This document shows, piece by piece, positions 1 to 7,620 of a stretch of 64,000 nt of DNA. Origin of the DNA: a virus; IMG/VR virus record IMGVR_UViG_3300025150_000004, positions 1-64,000 of that record. One strand, given 5' to 3'. Made by a program: the position numbers and the translations under genes. Within the stretch, counting starts at the first letter, position 1, and the number at the start of each line of letters is the position of its first letter. Under the pieces are notes generated by a model. It was not told the origin of the DNA and searched no databases. It was given only the letters and a program-made list of their open reading frames with translations.

Positions 1-1413
1 CTCCACAAGGACACCAACCCAGGGAAGGTTGCCCGGCTGGAAGCCCTGCACGCTGAATACGTCACCTACGTGCGCCTTTGTGTGCAGACGATGCTGGGTA
101 CTCATCGGCTGAACCTCGCCCGCTCGGGGATGCAGGCGTTCTTCCCACGAGCAATCAACCTCACGTCGCAAATCGAGAAGAACGCTCAGGACCATGCCAT
201 TAACATTGTGAGTACGTGGGCAAAAGGCGTCTACGCCCGCAAGATCAAGCCCACGATCACCAACCTCCGACACGAGGGAGACCTGAACGACGAGGACGCC
301 AAGGCCCTCTACACCATCGGCTCTCGGCTGATCTGCCAGCCTTGGAAGTTCATCACGCAAGAGCACCTGGACGCCTACTGGACCTTGCTGGAGACCTATG
401 GTGGGAACCCGCCTTGCGTGAAGGACAGCCTCCCGATGCGGTTGTCCGAGATGACCGCCCGTCTGGAAGGTTCAGTCGAGACGACCCATGCTGATTTCTG
501 GCTCCGGGTATCCAGTCTGGAGGCTCGGCAGTCCATCTGGCTACCGTTGGTCGGCAACCCCTACGTCCAGCAGGCTGATCAAGTTGGCAAAGGCATACAG
601 GCCCGAAAGACCAAGGCAGGTCGGTGGCGGTTTGATGTGGTAGAGAAGTCCGCCTGGGAAGTTCCCGAGCCGCCCGATGACGCCCATCGCCTCGGGGTGG
701 ACGTTGGGCTGAACGTGTTGGCGGCCACATCGGATGGCTGCCTCTACGGAGAGCACGTCAAGCCGAAATTCGACCGGCTCTACGAACGGATCAAACACCT
801 GCGGGCGAACCGTCAGCGTCAGGGGCTCAAGGAAAACTCACCACGGCTTGACCGTCTGGAGTCCCGCCTGAGTGGACTGGTCAAGACGGAAACGGGTCGG
901 ATCGCCAACCGGCTGGTGGCGAAGCACCCGGATACAGTCTTCGTGATTGAAGACCTGGATCTTCGAGGCTGTCGGGGACAAAAGAGGTTTGCCTACCTGG
1001 CTCTTCAGACAAGCCTGGAGAGGAAAGCCCCGACCGAGAAGGTCAACCCAGCATATACGTCACAGGAATGCCCCTCGTGTGGCTACGTGAATCGGGGAAA
1101 TCGCAGTGGGACAAGATTCGTCTGCCGTTCGTGTGGACGAAAGGCTCACGCAGATTGGGTGGGAAGTTCTGGTGTGCTGAGACGTTCTCAGGACGAACGC
1201 ATCGGGACTGATGATCGCCCATCGAGCGTGAAACGGGTGCTGAGAGAGCGATACCGGACAGCACGGGACAGTTTCTCGGGATCTGGGCGGCTTTGCCAGT
1301 CGTCATCCTCGCCCCCACCGTTGGGCAGGAGGCTTACTACCGAGGGAACTCCGTCGGGAGACATCGGCACAGCCTCGAACTCGGTGCCTACTCAAACTTC
1401 GAGTAGGTTCTGA
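1..1413 (+). mobile_element. tnpB: TnpB-family RNA-guided nuclease (IS200/605- or IS607-type); 5' end lies outside the window
   Basis: Frame open from base 1. RuvC motifs GVDVG, VIEDL and HADW; Zn finger CPSCG...CRSCG. Hairpin-rich 3' end (cctactc/gagtagg) like an omegaRNA; probable right end ...AACGG at 1420. Confidence 0.85.
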
Positions 1414-1929
1414 GGAACGGTAGAACCACTCCTCCACCTCACGGACGTAGGCCGCCTGCTTGGCGTAGTCGAACACCCCCTGCATGGTCTGGAGGTTGTG
1501 GGCACGGTCGGCCAACTTCACGACCGAAGCCGTGGGGCACTTGGCCAACTCGTCGAAATAGAGGTTGTAGTCCTTGACCAGGCCGTTCGACTTCTTCGAC
1601 AGCCGCCACACGATGTTGGCCAGGTCCCGGCCGAAGCGCTCCTCCAGAGCTTCCCGGGTCACGGCGGAGCCGTGGTCCTCCAACACATCATGCAGGAACG
1701 CAGCGGCGAGAGCCTGCTCCGGGTTCCGCAGATGCGGATCCACGGTCCGCACGAGGCGGGCGATGGACAACTGGTGGTGGAACCGTGGCGTCTCGCCGTC
1801 CTTCCGGGTGCCCTGCTCCAACTGGCGGACGAACTCCAGGGCGTCGGCGGCAAGGTAGAATCCCCGACCGTCGAGGTAGCCCCGCATCACGGAAAGCTGT
1901 TTGGTGTGTCGGGCCTGGATCTCGGTCAC
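1303..1929 (-). pseudogene. HD-domain (p)ppGpp hydrolase-like (Mesh1/SAH) protein, C-terminus probably disrupted by the TnpB element
   Basis: RKDGETP..H, AAFLHDVLED and VKLADRAHN motifs. The protein becomes non-family-like after EEWFY (~1420), where the element ends. Confidence 0.75.
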
Positions 1930-2004
1930 GCCACCACCTCCTGACCGATCTACCCGGTCAGGGGGGTGAGGTAAAACGGGGCTATCACCCCTCCGAGGGC
2001 TGGA

Positions 2005-2559
2005 TCAGGGCTTGGGACGTTTGTGCGGGTTGATCTCGCAGAAGTCGGCGAAGAAGTTGGGAGCCTGAAGGTTCTGCGGCAGGTCGGGAGACTTCGTGGA
2101 GACGTACTCCCCGTCGAGCAGGTAACCCCAGTCGGCCGTCGGGTTGTTGTCGAGGCAGACGAGGTGCGTCACCGTGCCGGGCTCGACCGAATCGACGGTG
2201 TGGTATTCGTCGTTCGGAAGCTCGTAGGTCTCCCCGGCCCGGTGGGTGATCTGGCGGCTCGCCCAGTTCCCGTCGGTGTCCTTGTACCAGCGGGTCTCGG
2301 TGAAACCGCCGTGCAGGATGGTGGATCGCATGACCCGCCACGGGTGGTTGTGGGGCTCTCGCCGAGGATCCGGGGCGTGCCACCAGAGAATTTTCTCGGT
2401 GCGCTCCTGAGTCCGGCAGAGGACCAGTTCGGTCTTGTAGGCCCCGAGCCGCCCCTGCTCGTCCCGATCCGGGGTGGGGACGTGGTACGGGGGCTGCTCC
2501 CATTGGGCATGAGCCAGCGGGGACTGCGTCCCGATGGTCGTCGGTGCGTTGTCGGACAT
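2005..2559 (-). CDS. Cupin-like hypothetical protein
   Basis: PHNHPW...STILHGGFTE...YHTV metal-binding pattern; AGGAG upstream of ATG 2559. Confidence 0.55.
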   Translation of the reverse strand: MSDNAPTTIGTQSPLAHAQWEQPPYHVPTPDRDEQGRLGAYKTELVLCRTQERTEKILWWHAPDPRREPHNHPWRVMRSTILHGGFTETRWYKDTDGNWASRQITHRAGETYELPNDEYHTVDSVEPGTVTHLVCLDNNPTADWGYLLDGEYVSTKSPDLPQNLQAPNFFADFCEINPHKRPKP

Positions 2560-2640
2560 GAAAGTTCTCCTGCGACTGGTGGTTCTGGTCCAGCTACCCC
2601 ACAGCATGGGGAACTAAAACTGGTCGGCTGCCTCCGAAGT

Positions 2641-3153
2641 CTAGTCAACTTTCGGAGTGACGATGCCTCGGGCCAAATGATCGACCCGTTGCAGTAGGGC
2701 AGGTAGCCGGTGTCTCCCGGCCATCTGCCTCACCCCAAGAGCGGCTTCTGGTGCTGAAATCCCGGCTGCTGTCACGAACAGCGGTCGGGCACTGACTCCC
2801 CGAAGAACCTCCTCTGCGTCGGTTCCAGGGAAAAAAGACTTGGCGACCCCCACCACAGGGACCTTCCCATCCAAGTACTCGAACAGGTGCCGGCCGAGGC
2901 CCGGTTTCCCAACCCCCAGGTCCACGTATCCGTCCACGATGATGCACCCGAGGGGGTCAGAGATCAGGTCGAGGATGGCGGTGATGCAGGGGAGTTCTCG
3001 TTTGTAGAACGCACCGGGCTCGTACTCGGCGACGTTGGCTACCTCGATGACCCACTCCTGTCGAGCCGGGTTCGACGACCACCCCTCGAACAGGACGGCT
3101 GCAACCTTGGCTGCTTTGTCCTCTCCGTACTGGGCGTCGATGGCGATGAACAT
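2641..3153 (-). CDS. nfi: Endonuclease V
   Basis: AIDAQY, YEPGAFYKRELPC, IVDGY and VGVAK motifs. Confidence 0.85.
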   Translation of the reverse strand: MFIAIDAQYGEDKAAKVAAVLFEGWSSNPARQEWVIEVANVAEYEPGAFYKRELPCITAILDLISDPLGCIIVDGYVDLGVGKPGLGRHLFEYLDGKVPVVGVAKSFFPGTDAEEVLRGVSARPLFVTAAGISAPEAALGVRQMAGRHRLPALLQRVDHLARGIVTPKVD

Positions 3154-3191
3154 GAGATTCCTGATGGAACCCTACCCTGCACCAAAGGAAA

Positions 3192-3266
3192 TGACCCTAG
3201 AGGGAGTTGAACCCTGCTTCTCCGCCGTGAGAGGGCGGTATCCTACCAGTCGTAGACGATAGGGCC
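3192..3266 (-). tRNA. trnE: tRNA-Glu(CTC)
   Basis: Cloverleaf; anticodon arm CCGCC-CTCTCAC-GGCGG. Confidence 0.9.
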
Positions 3267-3269
3267 AGA

Positions 3270-3377
3270 TTATTTTGACGTCTTGCAATAGGACTGTTTC
3301 TCTACCCGACCTCTCCTTGTTTTCAGGGAGAAGTCGTCTTCCTCTTTGGCGGTTTTACACCCACTGCACCATTTCAT
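3270..3377 (-). pseudogene. Truncated HNH-endonuclease-type Zn-finger remnant (35 aa, MKWCSGCK...SYCK)
   Basis: CxxC N-terminus like the other array HNH genes; own TTGACT-17-TATCCT promoter 6 nt before ATG. Confidence 0.6.
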
Positions 3378-3428
3378 GGGGTTAGGATACCCTCTATGGG
3401 TTCCCAAGTCAAGCCTTGTCTTGAGGGG

Positions 3429-3447
3429 CCAGCTAGACGACAGGGAC
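3429..3447 (-). pseudogene. 5' fragment of a tRNA-Glu-like gene
   Basis: GTCCCTGTCGTCTAGCTGG starts 1 nt after the tRNA-Thr CCA and breaks off at the HNH remnant. Confidence 0.55.
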
Positions 3448-3448
3448 A

Positions 3449-3524
3449 TGGAGCCGGCGGTCGGACTCGAACCGACTGCCTCTGCTTTACGAAAGCAGTG
3501 CTCTACCAGGTGAGCTACGCCGGC
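3449..3524 (-). tRNA. trnT: tRNA-Thr(CGT)
   Basis: Cloverleaf; CTGCT-TTCGTAA-AGCAG; encoded CCA. Confidence 0.95.
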
Positions 3525-3775
3525 AGGTTGTGGGCCGTGATTTCGACCACCCTGGTCAAAAACCAGGCGTGGCCCATCTTCTCTTCGATCTTCAGGAGGC
3601 GTTGGACCACGGCGTCCACCACTTCCCGTTTGTGGTCGGGGTTCTGCTGGGCAATTTGGGCTCCGAGGTAGGTGAGCCCCTTGACCAGCCGGTCGGTTTT
3701 GACTTCGTCGTTGGCCTGCTGGATCAGCCGATCAAAGCTATCCAACTCGGCGCCCCAGTATTCCATCGTGAACAT
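3515..3775 (-). CDS. Hypothetical protein inside the tRNA array; stop codon lies within tRNA-Thr
   Basis: AGGAGG upstream of ATG 3775; typical codon bias. Confidence 0.6.
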   Translation of the reverse strand: MFTMEYWGAELDSFDRLIQQANDEVKTDRLVKGLTYLGAQIAQQNPDHKREVVDAVVQRLLKIEEKMGHAWFLTRVVEITAHNLPA

Positions 3776-3862
3776 GGCACCTGGACACCTCCTACTCGAT
3801 CGGAGATGACCATCGGAAGAACACCGTCCCGCAGACCTTGCACCGTCGGTCTTTCGGCCGAG

Positions 3863-3937
3863 AGCCCCCGACAGGAGTTGAACCTGCAAACCTTCGGTTT
3901 ACAAAACCGTTGCTCTACCAGATTGAGCTACAGGGGC
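3863..3937 (-). tRNA. trnT: tRNA-Thr(TGT)
   Basis: Cloverleaf; loop TTTGTAA. Confidence 0.9.
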
Positions 3938-3944
3938 ATCTGAG

Positions 3945-4017
3945 AGCCGACGGCGGGATTCGAACCCGCTACCTCAGTCTTACCAAGACTGCGCTCTACC
4001 TATTGAGCTACGACGGC
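3945..4017 (-). tRNA. trnT: tRNA-Thr(GGT)
   Basis: Cloverleaf; CAGTC-TTGGTAA-GACTG. Confidence 0.95.
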
Positions 4018-4142
4018 AGATTGTGGCCTTTCGCTGCGCCCTCGGCCACTGCGGGCTCCAAACTCCCCAGGGTGCGTACTGTGCCCCAAGTTGGACAGCG
4101 ATTTCGGGTCCAGTTGACCTTCGGGATGGACCCGATTTGGAG

Positions 4143-4224
4143 TGCGGACGGAGGGAGTTGAACCCTCAATCCTCGTGGGCACTGGGTTTTGAGTCCAGCG
4201 TGTATACCGTTCCACCACGTCCGC
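4143..4224 (-). tRNA. trnL: tRNA-Leu(CAA)
   Basis: Class II cloverleaf; loop CTCAAAA. Confidence 0.9.
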
Positions 4225-4296
4225 AGATGACGACCCGTAGCCGGGATTCTGTTCTATGAGCCCATTCGTCTATTGGCCCCAACCCGCCCATTGTGA

Positions 4297-4929
4297 TTAG
4301 GCGAGCGTCCACCCCTTGTGGTGTTTTCGCTGACCGGAGAACAACAACTGCATCCCCTGTCGGGTCAGTTCGTGTTCTGTACAAAAAGCTGACAATGAGG
4401 GTCGAACCTGCATTAGATCCCCCGACGGGGACTTGACCTGGGGGTACGGGCTCCTCCGTTTCGAGAAACTAATCTTGGCCCGATCTTCGGTGCTCGGGGG
4501 CGTCTTCCGCCCTCCCGAACACACGGCGTTCCTGTTGCCTTTCATCTTCTCGGAGATCTTCCGCTTGGTTGCGGCTGACAGCGTGAACCCTCGGCAACTC
4601 CCGGCCTCGTTCAGAATGTTGTAACACTTCTCCTTTGATGTTCTGTCCAGCCACGCCTGTTCTTCCGACAGAAGGTCATCCGGTCCCACCCAAGCGAGGA
4701 CTGTGAAAAGGAACTCCCCCTCGCCGTACTTGTTGTAGGCGTTCTGTAGGGGGTTGTTAGGGTGGATACCTGCCCGGAGCCGGGCTCGGTGCTGGGTAAG
4801 CCTTCGGTAGAGGTCTGCCGTGGATCCAATGTACCTTTTGCCCGATGGGGTGTGGGAGATCTTGTAGATCCCGCTTTTGCGGGCAAGGGCTTTGTAGGCC
4901 GAGCCGCCAAGGTTGGTGTCTACGTTCAC
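4297..4929 (-). CDS. GIY-YIG homing endonuclease with NUMOD-like DNA-binding repeats
   Basis: SGIYKI...RYIGST...R...H...LQNAYNKYG...E...YN motif series; NUMOD3-like TKRKISE. Confidence 0.9.
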   Translation of the reverse strand: MNVDTNLGGSAYKALARKSGIYKISHTPSGKRYIGSTADLYRRLTQHRARLRAGIHPNNPLQNAYNKYGEGEFLFTVLAWVGPDDLLSEEQAWLDRTSKEKCYNILNEAGSCRGFTLSAATKRKISEKMKGNRNAVCSGGRKTPPSTEDRAKISFSKRRSPYPQVKSPSGDLMQVRPSLSAFCTEHELTRQGMQLLFSGQRKHHKGWTLA

Positions 4930-4935
4930 ACTGCC

Positions 4936-4964
4936 AGTTTACGATGTTGCTGTTTGGGTTGCAA
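4936..4964 (-). promoter_or_regulatory. Sigma70-type promoter of the GIY-YIG gene (leaderless)
   Basis: TTGCAA-17-TAAACT, 6 nt before GTG. Confidence 0.65.
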
Positions 4965-5090
4965 CCTTTTGAGTACCTGAGAATTGCATCCTCGGAAGTG
5001 CAAACGGCTGGTCGGCCTCCTTCCTTCAGCGGTGATGTCCCGAGCTTCCTCACATCCTCCGGGGAGGGTAGTGCGGGCTCTCGGTCGTCG

Positions 5091-5169
5091 TGCCGGGGAG
5101 GGGAGTCGAACCCCTACGCCTGAGCGCCTGGCTCTAAACCAGGTGTGTCTACCGTTCCACCACCCCGGC
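5091..5169 (-). tRNA. trnL: tRNA-Leu(TAG)
   Basis: CCTGG-TTTAGAG-CCAGG; variable arm. Confidence 0.9.
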
Positions 5170-5175
5170 TCATCG

Positions 5176-5260
5176 TGCTGGGAGGGGGACTCGAACCCCC
5201 ACGCCCCCGAAGGGCACCTCGCTTTAAGGGAGGCACGTCTACCTGTTCCGACATCCCAGC
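5176..5260 (-). tRNA. trnL: tRNA-Leu(TAA)
   Basis: Loop CTTAAAG; long variable arm; A73. Confidence 0.85.
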
Positions 5261-5262
5261 GA

Positions 5263-5345
5263 TGCCCGGACCGGGGGTCGAACCCGGACGCCTCGTGAGC
5301 GGGGGTCTATAAGGCCCCTGCGTCTACCAGTTCCGCCATCCGGGC
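5263..5345 (-). tRNA. tRNA with TAT (Ile AUA) anticodon on a Leu-type class II body
   Basis: GGGGC-CTTATAG-ACCCC; D arm GGCGGAACTGGTAGACGC; long variable arm; A73. Confidence 0.8.
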
Positions 5346-5348
5346 TTG

Positions 5349-5864
5349 CTATCCGAAGTACCTCTCCCACCAGTTCGCTGGGAGTTGCCTCTCCAGCGAG
5401 GTCAACTCGGCTGTCAGGACTTTCCCCTCATGAACCAGCCGGTGACAGTTGGGACAGATGTAAGCCAGGTTCTTGTGGTTGTTCGGGTCGTGGACCTTTC
5501 TCCCATGGATGTGGTGGATGTCCCCAGTCCCATCGTCCCAACCGCATCTTGAGCACTGGAGACCGAGTCGGCGAAGCAGCTTGCGGCTAGTCCTGGCCGA
5601 CATGTCCAAGATCGACTTGGGTTTCCGCCCAGAAGCCACCGCTCGCCCCACAGTCTGTTGGTGGGCGACAGAACCCTTCAAAGGGCTGGGCCTTCCCCTC
5701 AAGGTTTGGCTAATCCGAGTTTTCCGCTCATCCGACAACACTCGACCCCTCTGGGTGTGGGAGGCGGAGCAGGACAGCGAGCAGTATTTCTGCCGAGGAT
5801 CCTTGGGGACAAAAAGCACTTCACATTCCCCGCACGGCTTCTCTGGGTAAGGGCGCTTTCTCAT
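5349..5864 (-). CDS. HNH homing endonuclease
   Basis: CGEC, YCSLSC and CSRCG...IHHIHG...NLAYICPNCHRLVH; TTGACA-16-TATCCT promoter at 5873-5900. Confidence 0.85.
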   Translation of the reverse strand: MRKRPYPEKPCGECEVLFVPKDPRQKYCSLSCSASHTQRGRVLSDERKTRISQTLRGRPSPLKGSVAHQQTVGRAVASGRKPKSILDMSARTSRKLLRRLGLQCSRCGWDDGTGDIHHIHGRKVHDPNNHKNLAYICPNCHRLVHEGKVLTAELTSLERQLPANWWERYFG

Positions 5865-5901
5865 GGTCCCCCAGGATAGTGAGCCGAACCGAGGTGTCAA
5901 G

Positions 5902-5986
5902 TGGAGCAGGGAGGACTTGAACCTCCTCGCCTCGTCAGAGGGCCAGATTTACAGTCTGGTGGGCCAGCCAGTTGCCCATCTGCTCC
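5902..5986 (-). tRNA. trnY: tRNA-Tyr(GTA)
   Basis: CCAGA-CTGTAAA-TCTGG; long variable arm. Confidence 0.9.
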
Positions 5987-5995
5987 ATATTCCAG

Positions 5996-6066
5996 TGCCC
6001 CGATAGGGCTCGAATCCATGTCTCCGGCTTTTCAGGCCAGCGCTACTCCATCTCAGCTACAGGCGC
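5996..6066 (-). pseudogene. Degenerate tRNA-Phe(GAA)
   Basis: Loop CTGAAAA, but mispaired acceptor and T stems. Confidence 0.6.
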
Positions 6067-6081
6067 TCCTCCATGTTCCAG

Positions 6082-6154
6082 TGCCGAGGGAAGGAGTCGA
6101 ACCTTCGACGCCCAGTTCTTCAGACTGGCGCTCTACCACCTGAGCTACCTCGGC
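6082..6154 (-). tRNA. trnF: tRNA-Phe(GAA)
   Basis: Canonical cloverleaf; CCAGT-CTGAAGA-ACTGG. Confidence 0.95.
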
Positions 6155-6160
6155 ATGAAG

Positions 6161-6234
6161 TGGACCGAGCAGGACTTGAACCTGCAACACCTGAGATTTC
6201 ACCTCAGTGCTCTACGCAATTGAGCTATCGATCC
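6161..6234 (-). tRNA. Atypical tRNA with GAA in the loop (Phe-like)
   Basis: Intact stems; loop GTGAAAT (G32, U38); D loop lacks G18G19. Confidence 0.65.
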
Positions 6235-6240
6235 ATGGAG

Positions 6241-6312
6241 CAGGCTGCCGAGGAATCGAACCCCGCATACCGCCGGATTTGGAGTCCAGCGAGCTTACCC
6301 AGAGCGCAGCCT
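6241..6312 (-). tRNA. trnW: tRNA-Trp(CCA) with a reduced D arm
   Basis: A1-U72, G73; CTGGA-CTCCAAA-TCCGG; short D region. Confidence 0.75.
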
Positions 6313-6316
6313 ACAG

Positions 6317-6402
6317 TGCCGAAGGCGGGATTCGAACCCGCACGCCCGCAAGGGGGCACTGGCCTCTCAGACCAGCGTGTCTACCAGCTTCACCACTTCG
6401 GC
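6317..6402 (-). tRNA. trnL: tRNA-Leu(GAG)
   Basis: Loop CTGAGAG; class II. Confidence 0.9.
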
Positions 6403-6403
6403 G

Positions 6404-6540
6404 TGGCAGGGGGTGAAGGAATCGAACCTCCAGCTTGCTTGTATGCTCGTCGTCGGTTCTCCCCGAGGGGAGAGAGTTCGAGAGCGGGTTCGCAGTTTGA
6501 ACTGGTTTTGGTGACCAGCTTCCGCCCAGCGGAACCCCCT
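6404..6540 (-). ncRNA. Extended tRNA-like RNA, Trp (CCA) loop, with conserved inserted domain
   Basis: Acceptor AGGGGGT/ACCCCCT-G-CCA; T arm; loop CACCAAA; ~70-nt insert. Confidence 0.75.
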
Positions 6541-6579
6541 ATAGGTGCCCTTGTTTTCACCTCCACGGGCCGGAGGAAG

Positions 6580-6723
6580 AGACGGGGGTAGGAGTCGAAC
6601 CTACTGTGCTTGTATGCTCGGCGCTGATGCTCCCGGCCCCGAAGGGTAGGAGCGAGTCCGTGAGCGGGATCTGCATTTGCAGACTGGTTTACGGCCAGTT
6701 GCCCTCCACAGGGCGTCCCCGTC
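6580..6723 (-). ncRNA. Extended tRNA-like RNA, Tyr (GTA) loop, with conserved inserted domain
   Basis: Acceptor GACGGGG/CCCCGTC; T arm; loop CCGTAAA; ~75-nt insert. Confidence 0.75.
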
Positions 6724-6746
6724 AAAGTTTCTCCCGTTGGGAGAAG

Positions 6747-6828
6747 TGCAGAAGGAGGGAGTCGAACCCTCACCCTCATAGAGGACTAGGCTCTGAACCT
6801 AGCGTGTCTACCGTTTCACCACTTCTGC
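6747..6828 (-). tRNA. trnL: tRNA-Leu(CAG)
   Basis: CTAGG-TTCAGAG-CCTAG; class II. Confidence 0.9.
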
Positions 6829-7333
6829 GTGCCTGACCTGTCCATCCTTCAAAAAGCCCCATTTCACGGGCCTCCCGCATCCCTTTCGCCACCACCAACC
6901 AGGCTTCGTGAGGCATGTCCCTGCGGGTGTAGTTGCAGCGGATGCAGGCAGAGATCACGTTGTCCTGTGTGTGCCCCTTCGAGTTGTCGATCCGATCCAG
7001 GGTCATCCTGATCCCGTTTTCGCCGCAGTAGGAGCAGCCTTTGGCGATCTCCTCTGCGATGAACTCACGGGTAAGGTCGTTCTCCCGACCGTTCTTCCGA
7101 TCCGAACGCCGGGTGTCCACCAGGATCCATTTCTCAGTATCTAGTCCCGCTGCCCTCCTTTGTTTCCGTCGCCGTTCCACCCGTTTGGTGGCTTCGGACC
7201 CTTCTGGAGTGGCTCTCCACTCTCGACTAGCTTTCGCTTTGCAGTCAAGACAACGGGAGCGGGTGTACCCTTTTCCGTTGGAATTGGAGGTCTCAAGCCG
7301 ATCTGCCGACCCACATTGACGACAGGTTCTCAT
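6776..7333 (-). CDS. HNH homing endonuclease; reads 53 nt into tRNA-Leu(CAG)
   Basis: CRQC, CLDC and CSYCG...LDRIDNSKGH..DNV..C..CN; extended -10 TGcTACGTT 6 nt before ATG. Confidence 0.85.
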   Translation of the reverse strand: MRTCRQCGSADRLETSNSNGKGYTRSRCLDCKAKASREWRATPEGSEATKRVERRRKQRRAAGLDTEKWILVDTRRSDRKNGRENDLTREFIAEEIAKGCSYCGENGIRMTLDRIDNSKGHTQDNVISACIRCNYTRRDMPHEAWLVVAKGMREAREMGLFEGWTGQARRSGETVDTLGSEPSPL

Positions 7334-7370
7334 AGTGGGAACGTAGCACATTTCTCCCCGTTCCCACAAG

Positions 7371-7460
7371 CGGAAGGACCGAGGGTCGAACTCGGAAGGC
7401 CCTTTCGGGCTCGACGGTTTAGCAAACCGTTGCCATCGCCTGCTGTTGGCTCGCCCTTCC
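7371..7460 (-). tRNA. trnS: tRNA-Ser(GCT)
   Basis: ACGGT-TTGCTAA-ACCGT; long variable arm; G73. Confidence 0.9.
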
Positions 7461-7529
7461 AGAACATGGAGTCCCGCTACCCTCGGTTCTCAGGTTGTCC
7501 ACCGTGCAGGTGGTTCCGACTCCAATCAG

Positions 7530-7617
7530 CGGAGAGAGGGGGAGTCGAACCCCCAAGGCCCTCATCAGGCTCAACCGGCTTCCAACCGGGTCCCGTCGCC
7601 AATCGGGTTGCCTCTCC
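7530..7617 (-). tRNA. trnS: tRNA-Ser(GGA)
   Basis: Loop TTGGAAG; class II; G73. Confidence 0.9.
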
Positions 7618-7620
7618 AGG

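Larger units (their letters stand above)
4229..5089 (-). ncRNA. rnpB: Minimal RNase P-like RNA interrupted by a GIY-YIG gene
   Basis: P1 GACGACC/GGTCGTC; P2 GAGCCC/GGGCTC; P3 hairpin; CR-I GAGGAAGCTCGGGA pairs (P4) with CR-V ACAGAATCCCGGCTA; CR-IV TAGACGAATG. Confidence 0.8.

Noticed and set aside
1-1413. Cas12f/CRISPR system
   Set aside because: No repeat-spacer array seen anywhere in the window; context fits a TnpB element.
4297-4990. Group I intron around the GIY-YIG gene
   Set aside because: No P7 (R/S) core found; the flank is explained by a promoter and the ORF runs up to the RNase P 3' half.
5865-5900. TTG start at 5900 for the HNH ORF
   Set aside because: The TTG is the -35 box TTGACA; ATG 5864 is the better start.
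6430-6500. Twister ribozyme in the extended tRNA inserts (UACAAGC)
   Set aside because: Lacks the enclosing P4 hairpin and the UAA cleavage-site/GAG elements.
7467-7524. Hammerhead ribozyme or c-di-GMP-I riboswitch
   Set aside because: Only fragments match (CTGAGA, GGTAGCGGG); order and core residues do not fit.
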